From assembly GCA_020444205.1 (NCBI GenBank), contig JAHLLJ010000004.1:9284-73283 (forward strand): 64,000 nt of DNA. The letters run 5' to 3'. Each line of letters begins with the position of its first letter. Within the stretch, counting starts at the first letter, position 1. The notes under the pieces are model-generated. The model made no database searches, was not told the DNA's origin, and worked only from the letters and a program-made list of their open reading frames with translations. Shown in pieces: positions 10,003 to 18,944 of this stretch. The position numbers were made by a program, and so were the translations under genes. Source of the DNA: Deltaproteobacteria bacterium. GTDB lineage: Bacteria; Desulfobacterota; Desulfarculia; Desulfarculales; Desulfarculaceae.

Positions 10003-10162
10003 GATATTTTTGTCCTTTTCCCGATTTCTCGCGCGGTGCGCGCTCTTGGGCGAGGGTTGCGCCGCGCGCCAAGCCAGCGGCAGGTTGAAGGCCGTTAAAG
10101 CGATTCGTTTTGCTTGGTATAAGGCATTTTCCCTGACAAGGCAACGCTCATCCACTTATCCC

Positions 10163-11161
10163 TTAAGTGTCGTCCTCAGCGGAAACGCCTTGGGCCAGGT
10201 CTAAAAAGGCCGGGATAAAGGCGGTGAGATCCTCCACCACGCACACGTCGGCCAGGTTGAAAATGGCGGCCTGGGGATCGCCATTTATGGCCACTATGAA
10301 CCCCGAACCTTGCATGCCCACCGTATGCTGCCGGGCACCGGATATGCCGCAGGCCAAGTAAAGGCTGGGGGCCACCGTGGCCCCGGTCAGGCCCACCTGT
10401 TGGCCATAGCCCAACCAACCCAGATCGCAAACCGGGCGCGACCCGGCCAGGGCTGCCGAAGAAAACAACCCCGCCAGGCGTCTGAGCATTTCCAGATTTT
10501 CCTCCTGGCCCACGCCCCTTCCAGCGGCTACCACCACCTTGGCCCGGCCCAGGCCCGCGTCTTGTCCAGCACCATCCATGGTTTGCAATACCGTGGTGCG
10601 GCATGAGGGCGCGGCCGGCTGAATGGCCGTAACCTCGCCGGGTTCAGACTGCACTGGCGGTTCTGCCTGAAAGGCCCCGGGCTGCACGGTGAGCACCAAG
10701 GGCCAGGCCGCGGGGGCTATTTCCTCGCGCAGCTTGCCGAAATGGGTGCCGCGCCAAAAGGCGAGGCCGTCTTTTTCCCGGGTGATCTGCTCCACCCCAG
10801 GTATGTAGGCCGCCTCCAGGTCCGCGGCCAAGGCCGGAGCCCAGTCCAGCCCCGAGGTGGAGTGCGCCCCCAGCACCACCTGGGCATTTAGTTCGGGCAA
10901 CAGCCCGGCCAGGGATAGGCGCTGGGTCTCACCGTGAAAATTGGCCATGCCCGCAACTTCCACAGCCCAAGTATTGACGCCTGTGCGCCGGGCCATTTCC
11001 TCGGCCAGGGTGCGGGCATCCTTTCTCAGCACCACGGAGGCCAGGTCTAAGTGCAAGATTGAAGCTAACTTCCTGGCGCAGGTCATCAGCTCCCAGGTCA
11101 CTGGGGCCAGGCGGCCCTGGACATGCTCGGCCACCACCACCACGTGGCCCGGCCCAGTCAC
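10163..11161 (-). CDS. etfA: Electron transfer flavoprotein alpha subunit
   Basis: GRGVG, GSRPV, QQVGLTG, LYLACGISGARQHTVGM, AINGDPQAAIF. Confidence 0.93.
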   Translation of the reverse strand: MTGPGHVVVVAEHVQGRLAPVTWELMTCARKLASILHLDLASVVLRKDARTLAEEMARRTGVNTWAVEVAGMANFHGETQRLSLAGLLPELNAQVVLGAHSTSGLDWAPALAADLEAAYIPGVEQITREKDGLAFWRGTHFGKLREEIAPAAWPLVLTVQPGAFQAEPPVQSEPGEVTAIQPAAPSCRTTVLQTMDGAGQDAGLGRAKVVVAAGRGVGQEENLEMLRRLAGLFSSAALAGSRPVCDLGWLGYGQQVGLTGATVAPSLYLACGISGARQHTVGMQGSGFIVAINGDPQAAIFNLADVCVVEDLTAFIPAFLDLAQGVSAEDDT

Positions 11162-11922
11162 AACAAAGACCTTTCGCGCAGGATGGTCAGCAGTTGCTCC
11201 GCCTTTTGAGATGTGTCGCCTTTCAGTACCAAACCAGCCCGCCGCTTTTCCGGCGGGGCCTGGTGCAGCACTTTCTCGCGCTCGGCTGGGTCTTGCAAGC
11301 CAGCGGCCTCCAGGGTGAGTGGAGTAGTTTTTTTAGCCCGCAATAAATTGGACAGGGTGGGATAGCGTGGCTGGTTGGGTCCGGACTGAACGGTGACCAG
11401 CGCGGGTAAATCCACGGCCAGGCGTTGCCTGCGCCCCCCTTCCATTTCCCGTTCCACGGTTAGGGCGTCTTCTTTGGGTTCCAGGCTTACCACCGAGGTC
11501 ACCACGGGCAGCCTCAGCTTGGCGGCCAGCATGGGCCCCACTGCTCCCTGCATGGCGTCCTCGGACATGACTCCAGCGAGTATCAGGTCGAATTGCTGTT
11601 CCCCGGCCCAGGCCGCTATCCAGGACGCCAGGGTGGCGGGGCGGGGAGGCGGATGATCCGGAGCTAGAATGTGCACCGCCTGATCGGCGCCCATGCCCAG
11701 GGCCCGCCGCAGGGCCTCAACCACGGAGGGCGGACCCACGCTGAGCGCGGTGACTTGGACCTGAGCAAGGCGGTCCTTGAGGCGCAGGGTCTCCTCCAGG
11801 GCCAGCTCGTCGTAGGAGCTCAGCTTCAGGCGTGGAGGGTGCTGGGGACGCAACTCACCCTCTTGGAGGTCAAACAGACTCTCCGGCTCCCATACTTGTT
11901 TGAGACAGACCAGCACCCGCAT
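11158..11922 (-). CDS. etfB: Electron transfer flavoprotein beta subunit (start re-called at MRVLVCLKQV)
   Basis: VCLKQV, DELALEE, ALGMGADQA, DLILAG, PRYP; overlaps etfA by GTGA. Confidence 0.93.
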   Translation of the reverse strand: MRVLVCLKQVWEPESLFDLQEGELRPQHPPRLKLSSYDELALEETLRLKDRLAQVQVTALSVGPPSVVEALRRALGMGADQAVHILAPDHPPPRPATLASWIAAWAGEQQFDLILAGVMSEDAMQGAVGPMLAAKLRLPVVTSVVSLEPKEDALTVEREMEGGRRQRLAVDLPALVTVQSGPNQPRYPTLSNLLRAKKTTPLTLEAAGLQDPAEREKVLHQAPPEKRRAGLVLKGDTSQKAEQLLTILRERSLL

Positions 11923-11993
11923 GACTGCCCTACAACCTGCCATTGGTGAACGACTCAATCACAGTGTAGGCCATGGGCGGCTTACTGCCAATA

Positions 11994-12018
11994 AAAAAAC
12001 GAACGATCGCTCGGAAAA
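11994..12018. promoter_or_regulatory. Candidate TetR-type operator, copy 1
   Basis: AAAAAACGAACGATCGCTCGGAAAA; near-palindromic core, 22/25 identical to 23537-23561. Confidence 0.6.
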
Positions 12019-12098
12019 TGGTTGCAATCGAATTTGGCAGAAGGCAAAATTTGGCTACAGCTGAACGGCCCACCGGGGCCGGGGAGAACCTTTCATAC

Positions 12099-12797
12099 AT
12101 GAGCGTCTTGTACATGATGCGCCATGGGCAGGCGTCCTTTGGCCAGAAAAACTATGACCAGCTATCAGAGCTGGGCCGGCGGCAGGCGGCGCTCACCGGA
12201 GAGCACCTGGCCCGCCTGGAGGTTAACTTTGATACCGCCTATTGCGGCACCATGTCTCGGCAACAGGACACGGCCCGGGCCGCCTTGGAAGCCTTGCCTT
12301 CGCCGCCGCCCCTGCGGGTCCTGCCTGAGTTCAACGAGTATGATTCAGGCCCCATTATCAAGTCCCTGCTGCCAACCATGAAAGAGGAGGACCCGCAAGC
12401 GGTCCAGGCCGCGCAACGCATGTTCGAGGACCGCAAGGCCTTTCAGGTTATTTACGAAGGGGCTATGCAACGCTGGATCTCCGGGCGCTATCAGTTGGAG
12501 CAAGGCGAGGCCTGGCAGGATTTCCTGGCCCGCAGCCGGGCGGCCTTGGAGCGGGTAAGACAGGACAACGGCCGGGGAAAGACAGTGCTGGTGTTCACCT
12601 CGGGAGGGCCCATCTCCGCCGCCCTGCGCCAGGCGCTGAGCCTGGACGATGAAACCGCCCTGCGCCTCACCTGGGTTATCAAGAACGCCTCCCTGAGCAG
12701 TTTTTTTTACAATGACCGCGATTTTTCCCTGTCCCTGTTCAACTCCACCGCCCATCTGGAGCTGCACCGGGAACCAGGATTGATAACTTATCGTTAG
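12099..12797 (+). CDS. Histidine phosphatase family protein (start re-called at MSVLYMMRHG)
   Basis: RHGQASFG motif, LSELGRRQA, FNEYD; second His position reads VFTSGG. Confidence 0.88.
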   Translation: MSVLYMMRHGQASFGQKNYDQLSELGRRQAALTGEHLARLEVNFDTAYCGTMSRQQDTARAALEALPSPPPLRVLPEFNEYDSGPIIKSLLPTMKEEDPQAVQAAQRMFEDRKAFQVIYEGAMQRWISGRYQLEQGEAWQDFLARSRAALERVRQDNGRGKTVLVFTSGGPISAALRQALSLDDETALRLTWVIKNASLSSFFYNDRDFSLSLFNSTAHLELHREPGLITYR

Positions 12798-12817
12798 CTT
12801 GGTTGGAAGGACTCGCC

Positions 12818-14026
12818 ATGGATTTTCAAATATCCGAGGAAACCCAGACCATTCTGGAACTCATCAATGAGTTCGTGGACAAGGAGCTGATTCCCCTGGA
12901 GCAGGACTTCCTGCATCGCCCCTGGGAGGAGTTGGAGCCGGTACTGGCCCAAAAACGCGAGATGGTCAAACAGATGGAGCTGTGGGCCCCCCTGCACCCC
13001 AAGGAGTACGGCGGCGTGGGCCTGGGCTTGCTTGACTACGGCCTGGTGTGCGAGGCCCTGGCCCGCAACCCCCTGGGGGTGTACGTGTTCGGCTGCCAAG
13101 CCCCGGACGCGGGCAACATCGAGATACTCATCAAGTACGGCACCCCAGAACAAAAGGAAAAGTACCTCAAGCCGCTCATAGCGGGCGACATACGCTCCTG
13201 CTTCTCCATGACCGAGCCAGAGCAGCCCGGCTCCAACCCGGTACTCATGGACACCACCGCGGTCAAAGACGGTGATGACTATGTGATCAACGGGCACAAG
13301 TGGTTCACCTCCTCGGCCGACGGGGCATCCTTTGCCATTGTTATGGCCAAGACCAACCCCGATGCTCCCCGCCACATGCAGGCTTCCATGATTATTGTGC
13401 CCACCGACACCCCGGGCTTCAACCTGGTGCGCAACATTCCGGTGATGGGTCATGCGGGCTCGGGCTGGCACAGCCACGGCGAGATACTCTACCAATCCTG
13501 CCGGGTGCCCCAGGCCAACCTGCTGGGCCCTGAAGGCCACGGGTTTGTAATCGCCCAAGAGCGCCTGGGGCCGGGGCGCATCCACCACTGCATGCGCTGG
13601 ATAGGCATCTGCAACCGGGCCGTGGAGATGATGTGCCAGCAAGCCTTGACCAGGGACGTCTCACCGGGCAAGCGCCTGGCTGACAAGCAAATCATCCAGG
13701 CCTGGATAGCCGAGAGCGCCGCCGAGATGCGTGCTGCACGCCTCATGGTGCTCAACTGCGCCTGGCGCATCGAGAACTACGGCCAAAAGGAGGCCCGCCA
13801 GGACATCTCCCTGATCAAGTTCTATACCGCCGGGGTGATGCAGCGGGTGCTGGACCGGGCGGTGCAGATGCACGGCGGCCTGGGGGTCACCGACGACACG
13901 GTGCTGGCCTCCTGGTATCGCGGCGAGCGCTCGGCGCGCATCTACGACGGGGTGGACGAGGTGCACAAGGTCTCGGTGGCCCGGCGTATCCTCAAAGAAT
14001 ACGCGGCGGAGCACGGCTTGGCATGA
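12818..14026 (+). CDS. Acyl-CoA dehydrogenase, ACAD10/11- and LvaC-like
   Basis: CQAPDAGNIE, SCFSMTEP, QERLGPGRIHHCMR, and IYDGVDEVH with Asp in place of the usual Glu. Confidence 0.9.
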   Translation: MDFQISEETQTILELINEFVDKELIPLEQDFLHRPWEELEPVLAQKREMVKQMELWAPLHPKEYGGVGLGLLDYGLVCEALARNPLGVYVFGCQAPDAGNIEILIKYGTPEQKEKYLKPLIAGDIRSCFSMTEPEQPGSNPVLMDTTAVKDGDDYVINGHKWFTSSADGASFAIVMAKTNPDAPRHMQASMIIVPTDTPGFNLVRNIPVMGHAGSGWHSHGEILYQSCRVPQANLLGPEGHGFVIAQERLGPGRIHHCMRWIGICNRAVEMMCQQALTRDVSPGKRLADKQIIQAWIAESAAEMRAARLMVLNCAWRIENYGQKEARQDISLIKFYTAGVMQRVLDRAVQMHGGLGVTDDTVLASWYRGERSARIYDGVDEVHKVSVARRILKEYAAEHGLA

Positions 14027-14742
14027 CCTACCGTCAGTTCACACGCCAGGCCAAGCTGACCCAGGAGGACTTTTGCCTGGAGATGCTGGCCGCCCACCGC
14101 GACGAGGTCAAGGCCAAGAAGGAGCGAACCGCGGTCAAGAACCTGGAGCTGATCTTTCAGGCCACCCTTAAGGTGAGTAATCAAAAGGGCTTCCAGGCCA
14201 TGACCATGCGCGATCTTAGCAAGGCCAGCGGGCTTTCCATAGGCGCGCTATATGATTACTTCAGCGGCAAGGAGGCCCTGCTGGAGATGATCCAGGGCGC
14301 GGGCCGCCGCATAACCCGCAGGGTGATGCGCCAGGCCGTGTCCGGCGGCGACACTCCGTCCGAAAAGCTGGCTTCGGTTATCAGGGCCCATATCTACCTC
14401 AGCGAGGCCATGCAGCCCTGGTTCTTTTTCTCCTATATGGAGGCGCGACATCTGGGTAAGGTGGAAAAGCAGCGCGCCGTTGAGGGGGAGCTGGCCACCG
14501 AACGGCACATCGCCGAGGTAATCAAGCAGGGCAAGCGTGAGGGGGTTTTCGCTGACGTGGATCACATGCTCACCGCCTCGGTAATAAAGGGCATGCTGCA
14601 AGACTGGTATCTCAAGCGGGGCAAGTATGCCAAACGCCGGGTGAGCGTGGAGCGTTACGCCGAATTCGTGGTGAACATGGCCCTGGGGTATTGCCTAAAC
14701 GGCCTGGAACCCATTGGGGCAGGGGAGCCTGAAAATGAGTGA
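14023..14742 (+). CDS. TetR/AcrR family regulator
   Basis: GFQAMTMRDLSKASGLSIGALYDYFSGKEAL HTH. Confidence 0.92.
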   Translation: MTYRQFTRQAKLTQEDFCLEMLAAHRDEVKAKKERTAVKNLELIFQATLKVSNQKGFQAMTMRDLSKASGLSIGALYDYFSGKEALLEMIQGAGRRITRRVMRQAVSGGDTPSEKLASVIRAHIYLSEAMQPWFFFSYMEARHLGKVEKQRAVEGELATERHIAEVIKQGKREGVFADVDHMLTASVIKGMLQDWYLKRGKYAKRRVSVERYAEFVVNMALGYCLNGLEPIGAGEPENE

Positions 14743-15805
14743 GCTTATGGATAAGGCCGCTCAGGTCAGGCCGGGTGAGGAGTTGGACGCCGCGCGGTTG
14801 GGGGAGTTTCTGCGCAACAACATCCCCGGTCTGGACGGAGAGCTAGAGATCAGCCAGTTCCCTTCGGGATATTCCAATCTCACCTATTTTCTGCGCATGG
14901 GCGGCAAGGAAATGGTCTTGCGCAGGCCCCCCCACGGCACCAAAGCCAAGACCGCCCACGACATGGGGCGCGAGTACAGGGTGCTTAGCGCCCTACACCC
15001 GGTATTTCCCTATTGCCCGCGTCCGTTGGTCTACAGCGAAGACCCCACGGTGATGGGTTGTCATTTTTACGTGATGGAGCGCATTGAGGGCATCATCCTG
15101 CGCCGCAGCTTGCCGCCGGAGTTGGGTTTCGGCCCGGCTGAGATGCGCAGGCTCACCCAGCGCCTGATGGAGGTGATGGCCGAGCTGCACGCGGTGGACT
15201 ATCAGGCCGCCGGGTTGGGCGATTTTGGCAAGCCCCAGGGCTATGTGCGCCGCCAGGTGGAGGGCTGGAGCAAACGCTATCGCGCCGCCCGCACCCCGGA
15301 CGTACCCGACGGCGAGGCAGTGATGGCCTGGCTGGCGCAACAGATGCCGCCGGAAAGCCCTACTCCCGCGGTGATCCACAATGACTTTAAGCTGGACAAC
15401 GTGGTGCTGGACCCGGGCGATCCCTTGAAGATCATAGGGGTGCTTGACTGGGAGATGGCCACCTTGGGCGATCCGCTCATGGACCTGGCCTGCACCTTGG
15501 CCTATTGGGTGCAAGGCGACGATCCCCCTGAGTTGGTGCAAGGCGCTTCCAGCCTCACCCACTTGCCCGGAAGCCTGACCCGAAGCGAGGCGGTGGAGCA
15601 CTATGGCCGGCTCACCGGCCGAGTAATGGACCGCATGGACTTCTACTATTGCTTCGGTCTGTTCCGGCTGGCGGTCATTGCCCAGCAAATTTACTACCGA
15701 TATTTCCATGGCCAGACCGCTGACGAGCGTTTTGCCCGTTTGGGCGGCATGGTGGGTATGCTATTGTCCAAGGCGCAAGCCGTGACCCAAGGCCAGGCGG
15801 CCTAA
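14735..15805 (+). CDS. APH-family phosphotransferase, ACAD10/11-kinase- and LvaA-like
   Basis: QFPSGYSNLTY, VLRRPP, AHDMGREY, IHNDFKLDN, VLDWEMATLGDPLMDL. Confidence 0.92.
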   Translation: MSELMDKAAQVRPGEELDAARLGEFLRNNIPGLDGELEISQFPSGYSNLTYFLRMGGKEMVLRRPPHGTKAKTAHDMGREYRVLSALHPVFPYCPRPLVYSEDPTVMGCHFYVMERIEGIILRRSLPPELGFGPAEMRRLTQRLMEVMAELHAVDYQAAGLGDFGKPQGYVRRQVEGWSKRYRAARTPDVPDGEAVMAWLAQQMPPESPTPAVIHNDFKLDNVVLDPGDPLKIIGVLDWEMATLGDPLMDLACTLAYWVQGDDPPELVQGASSLTHLPGSLTRSEAVEHYGRLTGRVMDRMDFYYCFGLFRLAVIAQQIYYRYFHGQTADERFARLGGMVGMLLSKAQAVTQGQAA

Positions 15806-15893
15806 AACACAGGACGAACCAACAGGGCCGGACCTGGAGCACGAGAAAACAAGGCTCGCCAGAAGGCGGGCATATGCGGGCAAGGAGAAAATA

Positions 15894-17216
15894 ATGGACA
15901 AGCCTTTGGTTTCCTTGGTGCGATACGACAAGGCCTTGGAGCCGGTGCGCCGGGCGGTGGAGATGTGCGGCGGTTTGCAGCGCATCCCCTCCGGCGCCAA
16001 GGTTTTTATAAAGCCCAACATCGTTTTTTGGACCAAGGCCGTGAATTTCCCCAAATGGGGAGTGGTAACCACCAGCCGCTTGGTGAACGACGCGGTGACT
16101 CTGCTGAAGGAGCACGGGGTTGAGGACATCACCATCGGCGAAGGCATGGTGCTGGGCCGCCCCACGGACACTGAAACCTCGGCGCACGCCTATGAGAGCC
16201 TGGGCTACACCAAGCTCAGGGACCGCTACGGGGTCAAGCTGGTGGACACTTTCCAACGGCCTTTCAGGGAAAAGGACCTGGGCGGCGGAGTGGTGCTCAA
16301 CTTCAACCAGGACATCTTGGAGAGCGATTTTGTCATCGACCTGCCGGTGATGAAGACCCACGCCCAGACCATGGTGAGCTTGGGGATCAAGAACCTCAAG
16401 GGCATGATCGACGTGGCTTCGCGCAAGCGCTGCCACAATGCCGACCCGGAAAAGGACTTGAACTTTTACATCGCCCGCTTGGCCGATCCCATGCCGCCGA
16501 TACTCACCCTTATCGACGGCACCTTTACCTCGGAGTACGGCCCGGCCTTTGACGGAGTGATACACCGCCGCGATCTGCTGGTGGCCTCCTGGGACGTGCT
16601 GGCCGCGGACATCGTGGGCTCCAACCTGTTGGGCCACCCGCCACGGAGCGTGCCGCATCTGGCCCACGCGGCGGCCAACCGCGGCCGCTCCTTGGAGCTG
16701 GATTCGGTGGAGGTGAAGGGCGAGGCAGTGGAAGATCACGCTCAATATCACGGCTGGGCCTTCCCCTATACCGAGGACGGGTGCCTGCCCGCGCCCATGG
16801 CCAAACGCGGCATTGCCGGTCTGTCTTACTACAAATACGACACCAGCCTGTGCACTTATTGTTCGGGTATTAACGGCGCGGTGCTTTCAGCCATTGCCAT
16901 GACCTGGAACGGTGAGCCCTGGGATGACGTGGAGGTCTTGACCGGCAAGAAGATGCAGCCCCGGCCCGGAGCCAAAAAGACCATTCTCCTAGGCAAGTGC
17001 ATGTACCAGGCGCACAAGGACAATCCAAACATAAAAGAGATGATCCCGGTAAAGGGGTGCCCTCCCAAGCCGGAGCAGATCATCAAGGCCCTGCACCAGG
17101 CGGGCATAATGGCGGACGATCAATTTTTCGCCAACCTGGACCGCATGCCGGGCATGTTCATGAAGCGCTACCAGGGCAAACCGGAATTTGATGAAGGCTT
17201 GTTCACCATTGAGTGA
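15894..17216 (+). CDS. DUF362 domain Fe-S protein
   Basis: VFIKPN, ITIGEG, DLPVMKTH, SLGIKNLKG, LIDG; C-terminal CTYC...GKC...GCPP Cys set. Confidence 0.8.
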   Translation: MDKPLVSLVRYDKALEPVRRAVEMCGGLQRIPSGAKVFIKPNIVFWTKAVNFPKWGVVTTSRLVNDAVTLLKEHGVEDITIGEGMVLGRPTDTETSAHAYESLGYTKLRDRYGVKLVDTFQRPFREKDLGGGVVLNFNQDILESDFVIDLPVMKTHAQTMVSLGIKNLKGMIDVASRKRCHNADPEKDLNFYIARLADPMPPILTLIDGTFTSEYGPAFDGVIHRRDLLVASWDVLAADIVGSNLLGHPPRSVPHLAHAAANRGRSLELDSVEVKGEAVEDHAQYHGWAFPYTEDGCLPAPMAKRGIAGLSYYKYDTSLCTYCSGINGAVLSAIAMTWNGEPWDDVEVLTGKKMQPRPGAKKTILLGKCMYQAHKDNPNIKEMIPVKGCPPKPEQIIKALHQAGIMADDQFFANLDRMPGMFMKRYQGKPEFDEGLFTIE

Positions 17217-17241
17217 GTTGATTTCAGGCGGGAGATAAAAA

Positions 17242-18120
17242 ATGGAGCGAGTATTGGTGGTGGGGGCTGGTTTCATGGGCGCGGGCATCGCCCAGGTGTG
17301 TGCCCAAGCAGGTCACCAGGTCAGTCTGATGGATGTAAAGCCCGAGGTCCTGGAAAAGGCCATGCAGGGCATGAAGGTATCGGTGGGCAAGCTGGCCCAA
17401 AAGGGCCTGATAAATGACGAGCCCGCCGCGGTTTTGGATCGGGTGAGGCCCGTGAACAACCTGGAGAGCGCGGCCCAGGCCGATTGGGTGATCGAGGCGG
17501 CCCTGGAAATAGAGTCGCTGAAGCTGGAGCTTTTCACAGAGCTGGACCGCCTGGCCCCGGCCGCCACGCCCCTGGCCAGCAATACCTCCTCCATACCCAT
17601 CAGCCGCCTGGCCGCGGCCACTGCCCGTCCCCAAAGGGTGCTGGGCATGCACTTCTTCGGGCCGGTGCCCCTCATGGGACTGGTGGAGGTGGTCAAGGGA
17701 GACAAAACTTCGGACGAGGTGTTCGATCGCGCCATGGCCTTTATCCGCGCCTTGGGCAAGCATCCGGTGCGGGTGGGCCGCGACATCCCAGGCTTTGTCA
17801 TGAACCGGGTTTTCGCCGCCGCGTTCCGCGAGGCGGTTAATTTGGTGGCCACCGGGGTCACCACTCCCGAGGACCTGGATGCGGGCATGCGTTTGGGCTA
17901 TGGCTGGGGGGCCGGCCCCTTCGAGGTGGTGGACAACGCGGGCCTGGATACCTTTGTACTCATCGACCGTTTCCTGCAGTCCATGGGCGAAAGCGAACTG
18001 GTGGCCCGTAGCGATTTGGTCGAAAAGCTGGTGGAAGAAGGCCGCCTGGGCCGCAAGGTGGGCAAAGGGTTCTACGACTACACTCCCGAGGGCAAGCGGG
18101 TCCCCAGGAAAGACGATTAA
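17242..18120 (+). CDS. 3-hydroxyacyl-CoA dehydrogenase
   Basis: GAGFMGAG, ASNTSS, HFFGPVPLMGLVE, GRLGRKVGKG. Confidence 0.94.
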   Translation: MERVLVVGAGFMGAGIAQVCAQAGHQVSLMDVKPEVLEKAMQGMKVSVGKLAQKGLINDEPAAVLDRVRPVNNLESAAQADWVIEAALEIESLKLELFTELDRLAPAATPLASNTSSIPISRLAAATARPQRVLGMHFFGPVPLMGLVEVVKGDKTSDEVFDRAMAFIRALGKHPVRVGRDIPGFVMNRVFAAAFREAVNLVATGVTTPEDLDAGMRLGYGWGAGPFEVVDNAGLDTFVLIDRFLQSMGESELVARSDLVEKLVEEGRLGRKVGKGFYDYTPEGKRVPRKDD

Positions 18121-18172
18121 TGGCCAATTGGGGCGGACGAGCCGTCCTGGGGGCGGCGTGGGGAGGGCAGGC

Positions 18173-18934
18173 ATGGATAAGGTCTCTTACGGGTTGGAAG
18201 GAAAAGTAGCCCTGATCACCGGAGCCAGCCGGGGCATCGGCTTGGAATTGGCCCGGCGGCTAAAGGCGGAAAAGGCCCAGGTGGTCATCTGCGCCCGCAA
18301 ACCAGAAGGACTCAAGGCGGCGGTGGAGGAACTGGGTCAGCAAGGCGTGCTGGCCGTGCCTTGCCATATTGCCAAGGAAGACGATGTGACCAACCTGTTT
18401 AAGGCGCTGATGGATGCACACGGCCGCCTGGATATTCTGGTCAACAACGTGGGCATGAACTTGCGGACACCCGGTCTGGCCGACGTGGATCTGGGGTTGT
18501 GGCAAAAGATCGTGGACAGCAACCTCACCGGGACCTTTCTCTGCTCCCGGGCGGCGGCAGGCATCATGCGTGGGCAAAACAGCGGCAAGATTATCAACGT
18601 GTCGTCCACTGCGGGGCGCAGGGCGGCCCCGCCCATGGGTATTTACGGCATTGCCAAAGCCGGCGTGGAGATGATGACCAGGGTTCTGGCCGCGGAGTTG
18701 GCCAAGAACAACGTTCAGGTAAACGCCGTGGCCCCAAGCATGGTCAAGACCGGCTTTTCCCAGCCGTTTTGGTCCAACCCTGAGAAACACGACCTCATTA
18801 CCGAGCGCATTCCTCTGGGCCGTTTGGCCGAGGCCGGAGACGTGGCCGGGCCGGTGCTTTTCCTTGCCTCAACGGCGGCGGATTACATCACCGGCCAGAC
18901 CATAGTGGTCGACGGCGGTACTACCATAGTTTAA
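18173..18934 (+). CDS. SDR family oxidoreductase (start re-called at MDKVSYG)
   Basis: TGASRGIG, LVNNVG, NVSS, YGIAK catalytic motif, ITGQTIVVDGG. Confidence 0.93.
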   Translation: MDKVSYGLEGKVALITGASRGIGLELARRLKAEKAQVVICARKPEGLKAAVEELGQQGVLAVPCHIAKEDDVTNLFKALMDAHGRLDILVNNVGMNLRTPGLADVDLGLWQKIVDSNLTGTFLCSRAAAGIMRGQNSGKIINVSSTAGRRAAPPMGIYGIAKAGVEMMTRVLAAELAKNNVQVNAVAPSMVKTGFSQPFWSNPEKHDLITERIPLGRLAEAGDVAGPVLFLASTAADYITGQTIVVDGGTTIV

Positions 18935-18944
18935 GCTGTGCGCC

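Noticed and set aside
10163-11922. Electron-bifurcating ETF
   Set aside because: EtfB lacks the FAGADT-type segment I would expect in bifurcating ETFs (it reads PDHPPPRPAT); more likely a canonical ETF, judged by eye only.
17879-18172. N-terminal extension of the SDR ORF (and similar extensions of the ORFs at 10155, 11973, 24419, 39165, 54975, 57620)
   Set aside because: They overlap upstream genes or promoters; internal starts with an RBS match the family N-termini.
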